From assembly GCF_964355755.1 (NCBI RefSeq), contig NC_092670.1:36568388-36632387 (forward strand): a DNA stretch of 64,000 bases, given 5' to 3'. Made by a program: the position numbers and the translations under genes. Positions 24,389 to 36,780 of the stretch are shown here, piece by piece. The stretch's first letter is position 1. Every line of letters starts with the position of its first letter. The DNA comes from Antedon mediterranea (taxonomy: Eukaryota > Animalia > Echinodermata). Under the pieces are notes generated by a model, which worked only from the letters and a program-made list of their open reading frames with translations, did no database searches and was not told where the DNA came from.

Positions 24389-24799
24389 AATAATAATAAT
24401 AATAATAAATAACATTTATAAAGCGCAAGAGACAAAGGTTTCAAAGCGCTGTGTTTTCCAAGATCAGTGCAAGTAGTAGCGTGCGATTATGCTTCTCTGA
24501 AGAGATGAGTTTTGAGTTTAGTTTTAAATGTGATAACAGATTTTGATGAGCGTATTTCGAGTGGTAGAGTGTTCCAGAGTTTTGGGGCTGCGACAGCGAA
24601 AGCACGATCACCGTAAAACCGAGTTCTGGAACGGGGTCCAGGTTTTAGAAGAAGTCTGCTGGATGAACGAAGCGAAGAGTTGGTTGACGGAGTAATGATG
24701 TCACATATGTAGGCTGGAGCACATCCGTTGATGGCCTTATATGTCAGCAACAGGATTTTAAAACGAATGCGCTGATCAACAGGCAACCAGTGTAAGTCA
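24389..24799 (-). mobile_element. 3' end of an L2-clade LINE (ORF2 C-terminus, 3' UTR, (TTA)n tail)
   Basis: LHWLPVDQRIRFKILLLTYKA..G.AP.Y, LRSS, GDRAFAVAAPKLWNTLP..IR....FKTKLKTHLF; tail AGCGCTTTGA...GCGCTTTATAAATG followed by (TTA)n. Confidence 0.92.
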
Positions 24800-25731
24800 C
24801 CAGTGTAAACACAAGTTAACAAACTTTAAATTGTTTTTAGTCTCCTATTTTTGTTTTTGTTTAATTTTGTCAATTCCAAAGCTATAGCAGTGTTTCAAAG
24901 TACGGTAGTGTTTCTTATTTATATCTTTTTAATCGAAATTTTTAAAAATAAATTTGAATACATTTTTTCAAAATAATTAAATTAATTAAATAATAGGTAA
25001 ACATTGACAATATACCTTCATTGGTAATTACCTGTCACGACATTGCGATGAACACATAACAATATGGTTATTATATTTCTATAAGTAAAATATAAATATA
25101 TTTATTACAACATTCACTTGTCTTACCTTCTATTTATCATAAAGACCTGGCTAATATAACATAATGTATATGTTCATTATTCATGCAAGGTTTGTGATTG
25201 GTCACACTTCAATTCCCAAACATTTTCAGTCCAGAATGTTTTTAACCTGAACAGCCAAACTGCTTATGTCCTATCCGATATTTAATCCGTCTATGAAAAT
25301 ACAAAAGACAGACAAGATGAACATAACAACACACAAAGTGACTATTATTATTATTAAAACATTATTAATTAAATAATTGTACTAAATTACTGTTGTTGTT
25401 GTTGATTGATTTTCCACAAACATACGTTTCTTTATAAATCATTAAGTAGGTCTATATTATATAATGCGGATGGTGGGCAATATAAATCCAGAAATAGACT
25501 TTAAGCAAAGACCACCATTAACAAAATATATAAAAAAAAAACATTTACAATGAGGTTACGGTAACTGTAAAATAATTAATTAAATAAATAAATAGAAGCA
25601 AAATAAAGGTAGAGTGGTTTTTAACATATCTTCTTTTGTGGCTGTACATGTCGCAATTCAGATAAAGAGATGTATAAGAAGAAACCAGTTATTGAAACAA
25701 AAAACAAAATATATTTCAGAGTACCTATTAT

Positions 25732-26141
25732 CAAAGAACTTATAACACAAGAATCTCCTGTTCGTCCGAAGCGCGTAACAATTTCGAAAGGCATTGTGGG
25801 ATAGAATAGAGCTATGGGTGGCGCCATTGTGAGCAATGGAGTAGGGCGCCCGCTTCAAATTAGAAAGTCAAAATCATAGAGGGGATCTGCTAATGCTCTA
25901 GGGGGAGTAGAGTAATTGACTGAGGAGTAGGGCGCCCGCATCAAATTAGAAAGTCAAAATCATAGAGGGGATCTGCTAATACTCTAGGGGGGGTAGAGTA
26001 ATTGACTTCCTAGTTTGGAGGGGGCGCTGCTCCATGCTGTGAAATGGCGTCGCCCAGTTTGACCTTTTAACCCTGTACTTCCGATACTGTGTTTTGAATG
26101 CAAATTGAAGAACAGGAGATTCTTGTGTTATAAGTTCTTTG
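25732..26141. mobile_element. P-element-like non-autonomous transposon, 410 bp
   Basis: Perfect 32-bp TIR CAAAGAACTTATAACACAAGAATCTCCTGTTC, exact 7-bp TSD CTATTAT, and an internal ~85-bp tandem duplication (25838-26007). Confidence 0.88.
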
Positions 26142-26835
26142 CTATTATGTTGTTATTACTTATTGAGAGTATAATGTATACAGGAAAACTAGCAAACGAA
26201 ATAACACTTACTATTTAGGGTAATTGATTTTAATATTCAATAAATAATTTAAATTTTTATGAAGATTTATTTACACTGTTAGGCCTTCACCATATTTTCC
26301 AGTATGTGATAAATAATAATTTATTAGTTACTATAATTATACCTGTCTTTTAGATTATATATAGAAGGCATAACACTACTATATTTATATATTTCAATGT
26401 TGTATTAATATGGAAATATTAATATAACAATTTAAAAAATAATATTTATTGATACCGATAACTATTTCATAAAAGAATTTATTTACACCAAGCATTTACT
26501 TTATGTTTTTCGGTACCCTACTAATTGAATTACATGAGTACTTGATTATTACTGATTTAATATTAGTTCTCATGCTAAGACCAATGTCCTCACATTAACT
26601 AAATATAATATGTTAAAAGAGTCAAAGTTTATTCTACCTCAAGAAATGCATGACACGCCCAGTAAATACTCATTACACTATTTGTTTTGAAAGGTCTCAA
26701 CAAATTAAAACACATGCCTGACAAACCTATTCACATCACTATCGCACGAAAAAGACAGTATTCTGGTGTGAACATGGAAAGTCCTTTTCCAACAAGAAGG
26801 AGATACAGTATCACCTCAAGCATGTTTGCGTTTAA

Positions 26836-26990
26836 AGCTCTGTTTGCACTATCAAACTATATGGGACTACAAATGTGATGTGCCCATATATGGACATGAT
26901 GATTTCATATCTCTACTATATTTGGGAATATCACTACCATGTTTGGGCACGTCACACTTTTTTGTCAAACTAGTTTGATAGTGTAGAGCT
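26836..26990. mobile_element. MITE family C copy
   Basis: TAA|AGCTCTGTTTGCACTATCAAACT ... AGTTTGATAGTGTAGAGCT. Confidence 0.8.
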
Positions 26991-27414
26991 TTGGTAAAAC
27001 AAAAAAAACAATGTGCATGTTGATTTGAGAATCCAAGTTTCTGTAAAGCGTTCTCAAATCTAAATTGCATTAAGTATTACAAAACAAATTATGGAGTGAA
27101 AAAACTTTAATTAAAAACTAAATTTTGAGCTACACAGCTAAAGAGACAATTATAATAATGTTCGGAAAGAGAGTTAATCTCAACCTTCTCTGATTATGTA
27201 TATACTTCATCTTCTTTCTCAATCTCATATTTAAAATTAACATCCCATCTTAAATGTCATCAGGATGATTACCATGATATTACACATAATATTTACATTT
27301 TAATAATAGCTTTACACGCGAAATTATTCCGAATTGAACTATAGAGAGATCTCGATTTGCGGCAATCGACGACCATCAGTTCAGTTGACGTGTCGTCGTT
27401 TTAGACCAAAATTG

Positions 27415-27640
27415 GATTTTTAAAAAAAACCTAAAAAAATGAAATTCAAAAAACAAACAAATAGTCAAATTTACTGGAAGTCAATGGATTTTTGGTTTAA
27501 TTTAACCGTTTATTATTTTTTTTGGTCTTTTTGTAAGTGAAAACATTTGTTTCTTATTTTATTTTCTACAGAATTGATTGGCTTTATTAAAACGGGAAAA
27601 TGGTCTATTCAATTTTTTATGTTTTGGGGGCAATACAAAT
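27415..27640 (+). mobile_element. 3' part of Kolobok-like MITE
   Basis: CAATGGATTTTTGGTTTAATTTAACCGTTTATT...GTGAAAACATT...TTTTGGGGGCAATACA matches the right half of 5426-5774. Confidence 0.65.
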
Positions 27641-28598
27641 AAAAAATGTGAACACACAAAATACAACAGATTTATCAAAATATTCGTTATTGATTATAGT
27701 TAAATATAAATTCAGGATTTTTGTAAAATTTAGTTTAAAATGAAAAAGAAATAAATAATAACAAAAAAAATACGGACCGATATTAGTTGGAATGTTCTGA
27801 TTGATAATTAATCCAATATTAACATTTAGGAAAACGAGTTCTAAAACGTATTGTTTATTCTTATGAATCAGCGTCGTTAAGATATCTAGCTCATGAATTA
27901 TTCCAACACCATCCAACTCAATACACATTCATTATTTATATAGGCCTACAAAATGGCGCATTTCTTCCTACGTTTCTAAACTTACAGTGAAAAAGATTAG
28001 GATTAGAAAATAGAACAAAATGAAAAAGGCGTGGCAACCTCGGTCTTTTGAAATTGAGAAGACATTTTAACTACCACCAAGTTTTCCATCTGGCGTTAAT
28101 TAATAATTAATACATTATAAATATTCAATAATAAGTAACAAGTTAACACATTTAATGAAAATGGTGGAAAGTTAACCCGCTCTTTCGATCGCATAGTCAT
28201 GTAGTCTGCAACGCGCAAGCTGGCGATAAGCTGTTGAATGTTAGTCGCATCATCAATATGCGAGTTCATGATAATGATGTTCTCGACTCTAAATCTCCTA
28301 TTTCAATTGTTAATGCTGACAATAAAATGAAAATTGATAATCAATATTAAAATTTATATTTTATGCCTTTTATAAGAATAGAACTATTTTTATATTATGC
28401 ATACTGCATCAATTATTATCGTTGTCTATTATAACATATACTATTTTAACAGTAATTACTACGAATTAATTATTTGTTCGCCAGGTAATCATTAAGTGTA
28501 TGCAAGATGTTTTACGAAACTGTGACGTAAGTGTCGTATCATATCATTACGTTATCGCTACAGTTGTGCCATGGCCAATAATCATAGTAGGACGCTTT

Positions 28599-28888
28599 AT
28601 CTTTTTCATAAAGTTGAGAAAGAAATAAAAATACTGACAGAAAAACTTGTTAAACAGTATATGGTCATAAAAAATTAACTACACTAAGCTCTCATCCACG
28701 TCACACATTTGATGCCTTTAATATATCAGTCTCATCTTTTGCTATAGGATGCTTGCATACATGCCGCACAAATATTACACGCGAATGCACTGTTTATACA
28801 GTCTCACCATTCGGAAAAATATCTTTTTCATAAAGTTGGAAAAGAAATAAAAACACTAACAGTATGGTATGTTAAACAGTATGGTCAT
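28599..28888. repeat. Imperfect ~70-bp direct repeats about 150 bp apart
   Basis: ATCTTTTTCATAAAGTTG(A/G)..AAGAAATAAAA...GTTAAACAGTAT..GGTCAT at about 28599 and 28821. Confidence 0.7.
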
Positions 28889-29461
28889 TTTGTGTTTATA
28901 TATATATAAATCAACATAAAGGGAATATGTTTATATATATAACATATCATTGTTTATTATTGCTTAATATTCTTCTGAATAACATTTGAAATAAGATTGT
29001 CTTAATATTAGGAAGCCTACAGACTATAAGAAAAATCTGATTTTCAACAAAAGCTTTATCGAAAATCATCATAAATAATTAAAAATCAATATAATTGTAG
29101 GCCAGACTATTCAGCGGAATTTAATTAAAACATTTTGTTTAAAATAAAAAATATGCATATATCTTTAATTTTGGTGCACACGACTTATCGTAACTCTCAT
29201 ACACGAATTCGTGATAAACCAAGGTGTAAAACTAAGCGGAGGCGTAAATAACCTCTGTACTTGTTAGAATGTTTAATGTAGACAAATCTTAATTTAGGTC
29301 TGCTGGTATATTGTCTTTCACATGATTTGATATTTTGACTCTTGTTTGTCTAGTAAAGTGTATCTATATCTCGTAAATAGCATCTTTAAATGTCTTCTTA
29401 ACGATATGTGACTGTACGTTATATTTGTAATCTATTTTACAGCATAAATCTGTAATATAAA

Positions 29462-29481
29462 CATGGAGGAACCCCTCCATG
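29462..29481. mobile_element. 20-bp palindromic P-like remnant with 7-bp TSD
   Basis: ATATAAA|CATGGAGG-AACC-CCTCCATG|ATATAAA. Confidence 0.55.
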
Positions 29482-30439
29482 ATATAAATAAATACTAAAA
29501 GACGCTAACTGGACCGTTGTAATGCAATACAATACTGTGCTCGGCTCTGAATGCTACATATAATATGTATTAAGTCCCGTCACATGTCAGGATTTTTTAT
29601 AAGGACAAAATTACATCTCCACTCCCAAAGACTTGTAATAAGACTTTGTTTATGTAGAGCATCTTGTGTATATGTTTGTCTTTTGAACCTCTGAGGGTCC
29701 CAAATGATCAGAAATTGCTGGATAGATCACCCTAATTAAATATGGTAAACAAAAAAACATAACATAAAGGGTACAGAAGTACAAGTTAGAAGACAAGCTG
29801 TTTATATTTTGCAATAAAGTATTCGCAATATATACATCTTCATCGCAGAAATTTGAATTAAATATTAATGTTAATTATCATTGATAATGACAGTTTTATA
29901 ATGAAACTAATGAGATATATTGAATTTTTATTATTTAATATACTTTATGATTATGTTAGTAAAGTAGGCCTTGTTTTATGACGAGGCGAACACGAAATTA
30001 ACGAATAATAAGGTATACACCTATTATAATTGTATCATTTATCTTTACACATGTGGTCGATATTGTATAAATAATACTTAGTACTTACAGTAGTCGTTGA
30101 TGTTATACCACGTATTCCCCACGTCATATTTTCCATAAATATTTTACTTAACTCAATTAACGTATTGTCCCTCAAAATCATGAAAAAAGATCTATACAAT
30201 TGTTATTAGGCTATTTTGCAATTTTAAGTTAAGTTTTAAGTTATTCATTTCAATAGAAAAAAAAATGAAACAAAATAATGATTTCGCTTATAAAAAGACA
30301 AAATAAGCATTTAAATTTAACGATAAATGTGAATAGTGAATATGTCCACTGGAGCTCAGTCCCGAATAAAATTCGGATACGTTTTATTATCATTTTACAA
30401 ATAATTTTAAAAATAATACTTGCAGGATTTAGCTTTTTA

Positions 30440-30610
30440 TTATTTATGTTTTAGTTTTTTTAGGCTAGTTAGGGACGTAGGGGGACACAACTAATCAAGC
30501 TCTTTTGAGTTTTTATGTGTTTCCTTTTCATCTTTTTTATGTTCTCATATATTGTTGTTGTATATTTTCATGACTAAAGATGAATAAAGAATATTTGAAT
30601 TTGAATTTTA
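30440..30610 (+). mobile_element. Probable 3' tail of an L2/CR1-group LINE
   Basis: GGGGACACAACTAATCAAGCTCTTTTGAGTTTTTATGTGTTTCC stem-loop, then AATAAA and (TTTGAA)n. Confidence 0.45.
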
Positions 30611-31599
30611 CGGGTTTTTTTTTCAGATAAAGTCAAAATAAGCATTTCTTTCTATTAAAAACATAATAATAAAATAATTATATAAAATCATAGAAACGTA
30701 ATAAAAAGGTTTTAAAAGGCAGATAAAGAACAATTGACAAGAAAGTGTATAATTACGTTAAATTGATTTCATTCTTAAAATATATTAAAAGAATTTAAAT
30801 TGTTACATTAATTCATAAACAATTTAGTATAAAAATAATAATAACTATATTGAACATACGCCTTTAAATCGGCGGCACACGTTCTTCTGGACGGTGCGTT
30901 CTTACATATTATATTACATACATTATGTCAGCCTGAAGGTTAAATAAAAGTATAAAGAGAAAATAAAAGAAAAAAAAAACATTTAAATGAAAGAAAACGG
31001 ATTGTACAAAAATAAACTAAAGAGCAAAAAGTACAATACTTAACTTTGATGGAGTGTTATTATTTATTATTATTATTATTATCAATGTTTTTAATATGTT
31101 ATTTTTAAAGAAAATATTATTAGACCTATTATTAAAAATGTCATTTAATTTAAATATTATATTGTTTATTATTATTTTATTATTTATGTTCTTGTTAATA
31201 CTGTATATCATTTAATTATGTTATGAGTTATGATCTTTATTTGTTATTTAGTTAAAGTAGTATTATTTTTATTATTATTTCGATTTTCCTAATTTTAATA
31301 TTTAATCTTATTTTTAGTGTTTTATTAACCATTATACCTCAAATTATAATCCTGATTTAATTGTGTTTTTAAAGTTTTGTAAATATAAATTTAAAGTCTC
31401 CATGCAGCAGTTAAGTGTTGTTTACAATGATGATACAAAATACAGATATAGGCCTAAAATGAACAGAAATTACATTTGCAAAATTAACAAATTACATTAA
31501 AAAGTTAAACATAAGAAATAAATGAATGACAAGGCATTTTAAAATCAACTGATACAGTAAAAAAAAACAACATAAATTTACACTATGCAAGTCTTACTC

Positions 31600-32390
31600 T
31601 GCAATACAGAACGGAAATCTGGTACAATCTCTAGATCTATTAATTGATAATTGCGGAGCGCTTTTTCCATGCTCTTTTGGCATATATTTTGCAAAATTTA
31701 TCAAGTATTAGATGGGTTTCTTTACTGAACACATGGTAGTCACTTCCAAGTGTTAGGTGTATTTTAACATCAGTATTAGAGTTTATGAATAAGTGCCAAA
31801 TATGATTAAGGTTAGAAGATTGCAATTGTAGTTTTAATTTCATGTTTTCTTCTTTTCTAATGTCGTCGTAAGCAGGACATTCAAATAGGAAATGTGTTAC
31901 GTTTTCTATACGTTTTCATATTGCAAAGACTACATAAACCATCACTTTCAGGTAGCCAATTGCATTTTCTACCTTCTAATGGCAGAGTATCTGTGCGCAG
32001 CTTAAATTTGATGCTTACCCCTTCAAAATCTGTTTTGTCCAGAAGGTAAGTTTCAAGACAAGGTTTTTTTTTAAAGATTTGTATTCGTTGAGTGATGATT
32101 TTGTATTTAACTTTTGGCTCCAATTAGCAATTGATAAATCAAAGAGAGATTGTTTAAGAGGGCACACCCAATGTGAATTAACAATTTCTTTGTTTTTACG
32201 AATATATTCAAATATATCATTTGCATTACCTTTAGTAAATAGGTTTTCTAAGTGATTTACAAACTTATAACTTAATAGATTAAAATTACAGTTTAAGTAA
32301 AGAAGCAAAATAGAATGTAGCCATTCCAAAAGGCAAGCCTGAGTGGGAGTAGCCATAGGACTACATTTTTTATACGGTTCGAAGAACAAA
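31600..32390 (-). mobile_element. Frameshifted 3' part of a non-LTR retrotransposon ORF2 (RTE-X-like)
   Basis: Broken frames give LNEYK..KK..LETYL...KFKLRTDTLPLEGRK...LCSLCN...HFLFECPAYDDIR, the C-terminal CCHC motif downstream of RT. Confidence 0.7.
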
Positions 32391-33182
32391 AATCGAAATA
32401 TATACCTTTCGCGGTCTTTTTTCTTGAACTGGTTTTGTCCTTATAGCACTTCACATCTCCTAAGCAAACTCCGGAGTTTACACCTGTGTTTTATTTAGTT
32501 TGCTAGGCGATTTAAAAGGGGTATGATTAAAAAAAAAATCTGTACACGCCTAGCTTTGGATAAAATTGATACAAAAAACAAGTATGGCAAAAAACAAAGT
32601 ATTCAAAGTTGAGGCTTTTCTTCACTAATTTAAGCTGTGTTGCTTAGGCCTATAGTGGCAAAAAAAATCAAATTTCTTAAGAAACTTGGCATTGAAAGTC
32701 AAATCTTGATAAATACATACTACAATTCCACTTTTCAAGTAAAAATTGCTTTACCACAAATACGACATGTGTCACTTTTAACGCGTGCCCGAGGACGAAA
32801 TGTCAGGGCTTTAAGAAGCGCTGCGATTACACGATCTACAGGGAGATAGAAAATGGCGTCGTTATGAACCAAAATCGGCAGAGAGAAACTCAGAAGTCGC
32901 GCAAAATTTGTATTAAGCGTGGCTTATCACCAGGCGAATAGGAAGATGCTAATTCGCCAACTCTTTAACGAGAATTAAGCATGATTTTTTAACACATTTT
33001 AAAGTTATTTTTGGTAAGAAGCATTTTGATTCGTGGCAATTGCACCATTCTTAGCTTGATGAAAAACAAACATAATTTACAGTAATCGACATGGATAGAT
33101 ATTCGGTGTAATTTAAATTATGTAAAGTCAAGTTGACTAATCTGGAAGTATAACTTGATATTTATGGTGAAAAAAAGCAACA

Positions 33183-33657
33183 CAGGAGATGCCAAGGAAC
33201 AACACAAGAGTGGCCAAGGGGCGGTACAGGAGTGGCCAAGGAGCAACCCATGAGTGGCCAAGAAGCAACTTAGGAGTGGCCAAGGAGCGGTACAGGAGTG
33301 GCCAAGGAGCAACCCAGGAGTAGCCATGCAAGGAGCAACCCAGGGTGGCCAAGGGGTCACTCAGGAGTGGCCAAGAAGCGGTACAGGAGTGGCCAAAAAG
33401 CAGCCTAGGAGTAGCCAATGAGCAACCCAGGAGTGGCCAAGGAGCAACTTAGGAGTAGCCAAGGAGCAACCTATGAGTAGCCAAGGAGCAACCCAGGGGT
33501 GGCCAAGGAGCAACCCAGGATTGGCCAAGGAGCAACCCAGGGGTGGCTAAGAAGCAACCCAGGAGTGGCCAAGGAGCGCGGCCCAGGATCGAGTGGTCAA
33601 GGAGCGCGGCCCAGGATCGAGTGGTCAAGGAGCGCGGCCCAGGATCGAGTGACCAAG
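33183..33657. repeat. GC-rich minisatellite: 22-bp unit switching to a 28-bp unit
   Basis: CAGGAGTGGCCAAGGAGCAACC repeated many times, then GAGTGGTCAAGGAGCGCGGCCCAGGATC three times. Confidence 0.92.
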
Positions 33658-33825
33658 ACTACTTAAAGACTAGTATGTGGACAAATAGAAATTTCAAACT
33701 TGAGAAAAAAAATGTTATGTTATGGTAAATGTAAACGTTATATGTATTTCATTTTTTATTTTATCATATATTCATATTTCATGTATTACATGAAAATTAT
33801 GTATTCTATAATTATAGGAAAAAAT

Positions 33826-34172
33826 AGATGTATTGTCCCCCTGAAAAAATAATTCTTAAAATTTTTGTTGTTGAATATTCCATTTAATGTAAAATAATAG
33901 TTATCCCCTTTGACCAAAAATTGGATCGAAAAAAAAAATGTATTTACCTGAAAAAATGTAATTTAAAGCAAAAAATTGTTAAATTGGCTGCCAGCCAATG
34001 GATTTTCGGTTGAATTTAACCATTTATTTTGTCATTTTACAAGTGAAAACATTATTTTTTTCGATTTTTTTTACTATGGAAGTGATTAACTTTACTAAAA
34101 CTACAAAATCACATATTCAAAGTCTTATTTAATTAATCTTCATTTTTCATGTTTTTGGGGGAGAATACATCT
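33826..34172 (+). mobile_element. Kolobok-like MITE, second full copy
   Basis: AGATGTATTGTCCCC ... GGGGAGAATACATCT|TTAA; collinear with 5426-5774. Confidence 0.8.
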
Positions 34173-34179
34173 TTAAAGT

Positions 34180-34889
34180 AAACAAGGCCATATAGATGGC
34201 TGCAGTCGCGTGCTTAGTGTTTACCGACCGACCGACCAACCTACCAACTGACCGAAATTACTGAACATGTTTAAAAATGTTGAAATGTTTAAAAACAGTT
34301 ATATTTTTTTAATTTACACGTGCGTAGCCTGTCACTTTTGACGTGCTCGTATAACGTAATTTCGAGTTGAAAAGTAAGTCAAGAAAACAGAAATCGGGCA
34401 AAAAGAGTGCACAACAACATTTAACGCGCAGTGCGCGCGCAAAAATCTGCGCACTCATGGCAATTTTGTAAACGCTTAAAATTGCCTGAAACGTACTCCT
34501 ATTTCGTCGAAAATAAATTTTGAAAATTTAAGGCGCGCGTACGCATGCGTTACATGCGCTACGCACGTAATTGTATTGCCATATGATGATTTATGCCCTG
34601 AAATTTATGAGTACCAAATTTTATTTAATTGTGATTCATGGTTGTGAAGATATGATTACAAACGTGATTTCGTTAAATCGTGCGTAGACCGCGTAATTTT
34701 TTATTGCGCACCGTGAAAACATAACCACATCGATTCCTGGCCATAAGGAATATACTGTGAAAAATTGACTTAGCTATATTAAACTGATATCAAGATAAGG
34801 TCAGAAAGCGATAAAACGCATAGTGATACCGGACCGACAGACAGACCGACAGACCGACAGACCGACCGACATAGTGAACTATAGAGTCG
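34180..34889 (-). mobile_element. Second Helentron-type non-autonomous element (different family)
   Basis: AAACAAG end, stem-loop GCCATATAGATGGC, sub-TIR AGTCGCGTGC, (CCGA/CAGA)n microsatellites near both ends. The other end reads CTATAGAGTCG and is replaced by a MITE-B terminus (CTAGTGGGAACCACGCT). Confidence 0.72.
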
Positions 34890-35889
34890 TTCTAGTGGGA
34901 ACCACGCTTTATTAACACGACGATTTTTGCGTACTGTACGTTACTGCGTGTCGACAATGCAGCTAACGACGAATTGAATGAATCTAATCCTGTAACATTT
35001 TTAGTATAAAACCAATAGCTGGCGCTATTACAAAAATATGTTACGTTTACTTCATTTTTCAGAAATTGATATGACTGCTTTTCTTCCATCGTTCTAACTA
35101 GAAAATATCTAAAGAAAAATTCTACACCAGTTTTTTATTACTAATTTTCTCAAGTAACGTTATATATTACTGTAGGTTAAATAATGAATTGTGATTCACT
35201 GATGATCATTGTCTTTAGTAAAAACAAAATCAACAGAATACACTCAGTGGTATTATACAATAGTTTCTCGTTGCTGTATCTAAAATTGTTCAGTGTTATA
35301 GAAACGTTCTGTAATACTGTGACACATGTGTATCACATGTGACTACTTTATCATAGGTCATAAGAAAAAAAATAACCCTAACCATACTTTGACAATGTAT
35401 TATAGAAATTGCATTTGATATTCAAGAAATAATGCAACTCGAAAGCCTGAATTAATAAAGAAATCGTTATGTCAATAACCTATTAAAAAGTGTGATAAAG
35501 TGCCGATCTTATTGTACAGTGTAATGTAATTTAAAAGACGTTTTAAGAAAGCTATTTTTGGTCTAGAAAAGTCTGGCCTACAAATGCATAGAGAGCCCGA
35601 CCAAACATTAGAAGCAATTTATTCGTTGCGAGGGAAGTTAATTGAACTAAGACAAAACCGGTTTGCTTTGTCGGTCGAACAACAATGGATAAACAAGTTC
35701 ATTTGTCATTCAAATACTATGGCATGTATAATAGAAAAGATCATTTATTGTATATTAATATTCAGCTACTTTCCGCCTTGTTTCGTCCGCGGTCCGACAA
35801 CCAACAGTATGTATTTTAGGCCATGTATTATTCCATAAACCAATCAACGCTGGCTAATATTACTATTAATAATTACTTACTGAATTAAT

Positions 35890-36780
35890 ATCGTCGTCGT
35901 CATCATCATTCATGTCATCTTCATCCACTACCATCCGCATTATCAGATTACCATTTTCATCATTATTGTCATCGTCATCATTATCAGCATCATCATTCAT
36001 GTCATCGTAATCTACCATCCGCATTATCAGATATAATCACCATATTCATCATTATCTTTACCTTCCCAAGCATTAAACTTTATCACTAAAATAATCGTGA
36101 CGACACTCATTATGCATCTATTTGCTTATCATTATCACCGACATCCTCATCTCTAAATCATCCTCATCATTGTCATTCCTTGTCATTATCACCACATCTT
36201 CATCACAATCACTATCATCCATTATCATCATCTTATCATCTTCCCCAGAATCACTATCATCCATTATCATTATCCCATCATCATCATCACAATAATTCAT
36301 CATTATCATCAAATCATCTTAATTAAAATTAATATCATTTATTACCATTCCATTATATTTATCAATCTCACTTATCATTCATCAATATCATCCAATCATC
36401 ATACCTCATCTTCATCTCAATCAATATCATTAATTATTATTATCATTCCATTATCTTCATCACAATCACATATCATTCGTCATCATTATCATTCGTCATC
36501 ATTATCATTCCTCGTCATTATCACCTTATCATCATTTCAACATAATCACTATCATTCATTATCAGTATTATCACATCATCTTCAGCACAATCACTATATC
36601 ATTATCACTAAAGTTATCATCCTTATGTCCAAAATCATACTCATCCAAACCATTATATTAACATTATAATCATCAACAGACATTGTTATCAAAATAATTA
36701 CAATACTGTCGTTCAACGTGTTACCAAAATCATATCTCATCATGTGAATAATGATATTTATCATATTCATCATTATCTCC
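35890..36780. repeat. Degenerate (ATC/ATT)n low-complexity tract
   Basis: Dense CATCATTATC repeats that account for the spurious Met/Asp/Ile-rich ORFs. Confidence 0.88.

Noticed and set aside
33118-33728. Pro/Trp/Leu-rich repetitive ORFs
   Set aside because: Read-through of a minisatellite whose 22-bp unit is not a multiple of three.
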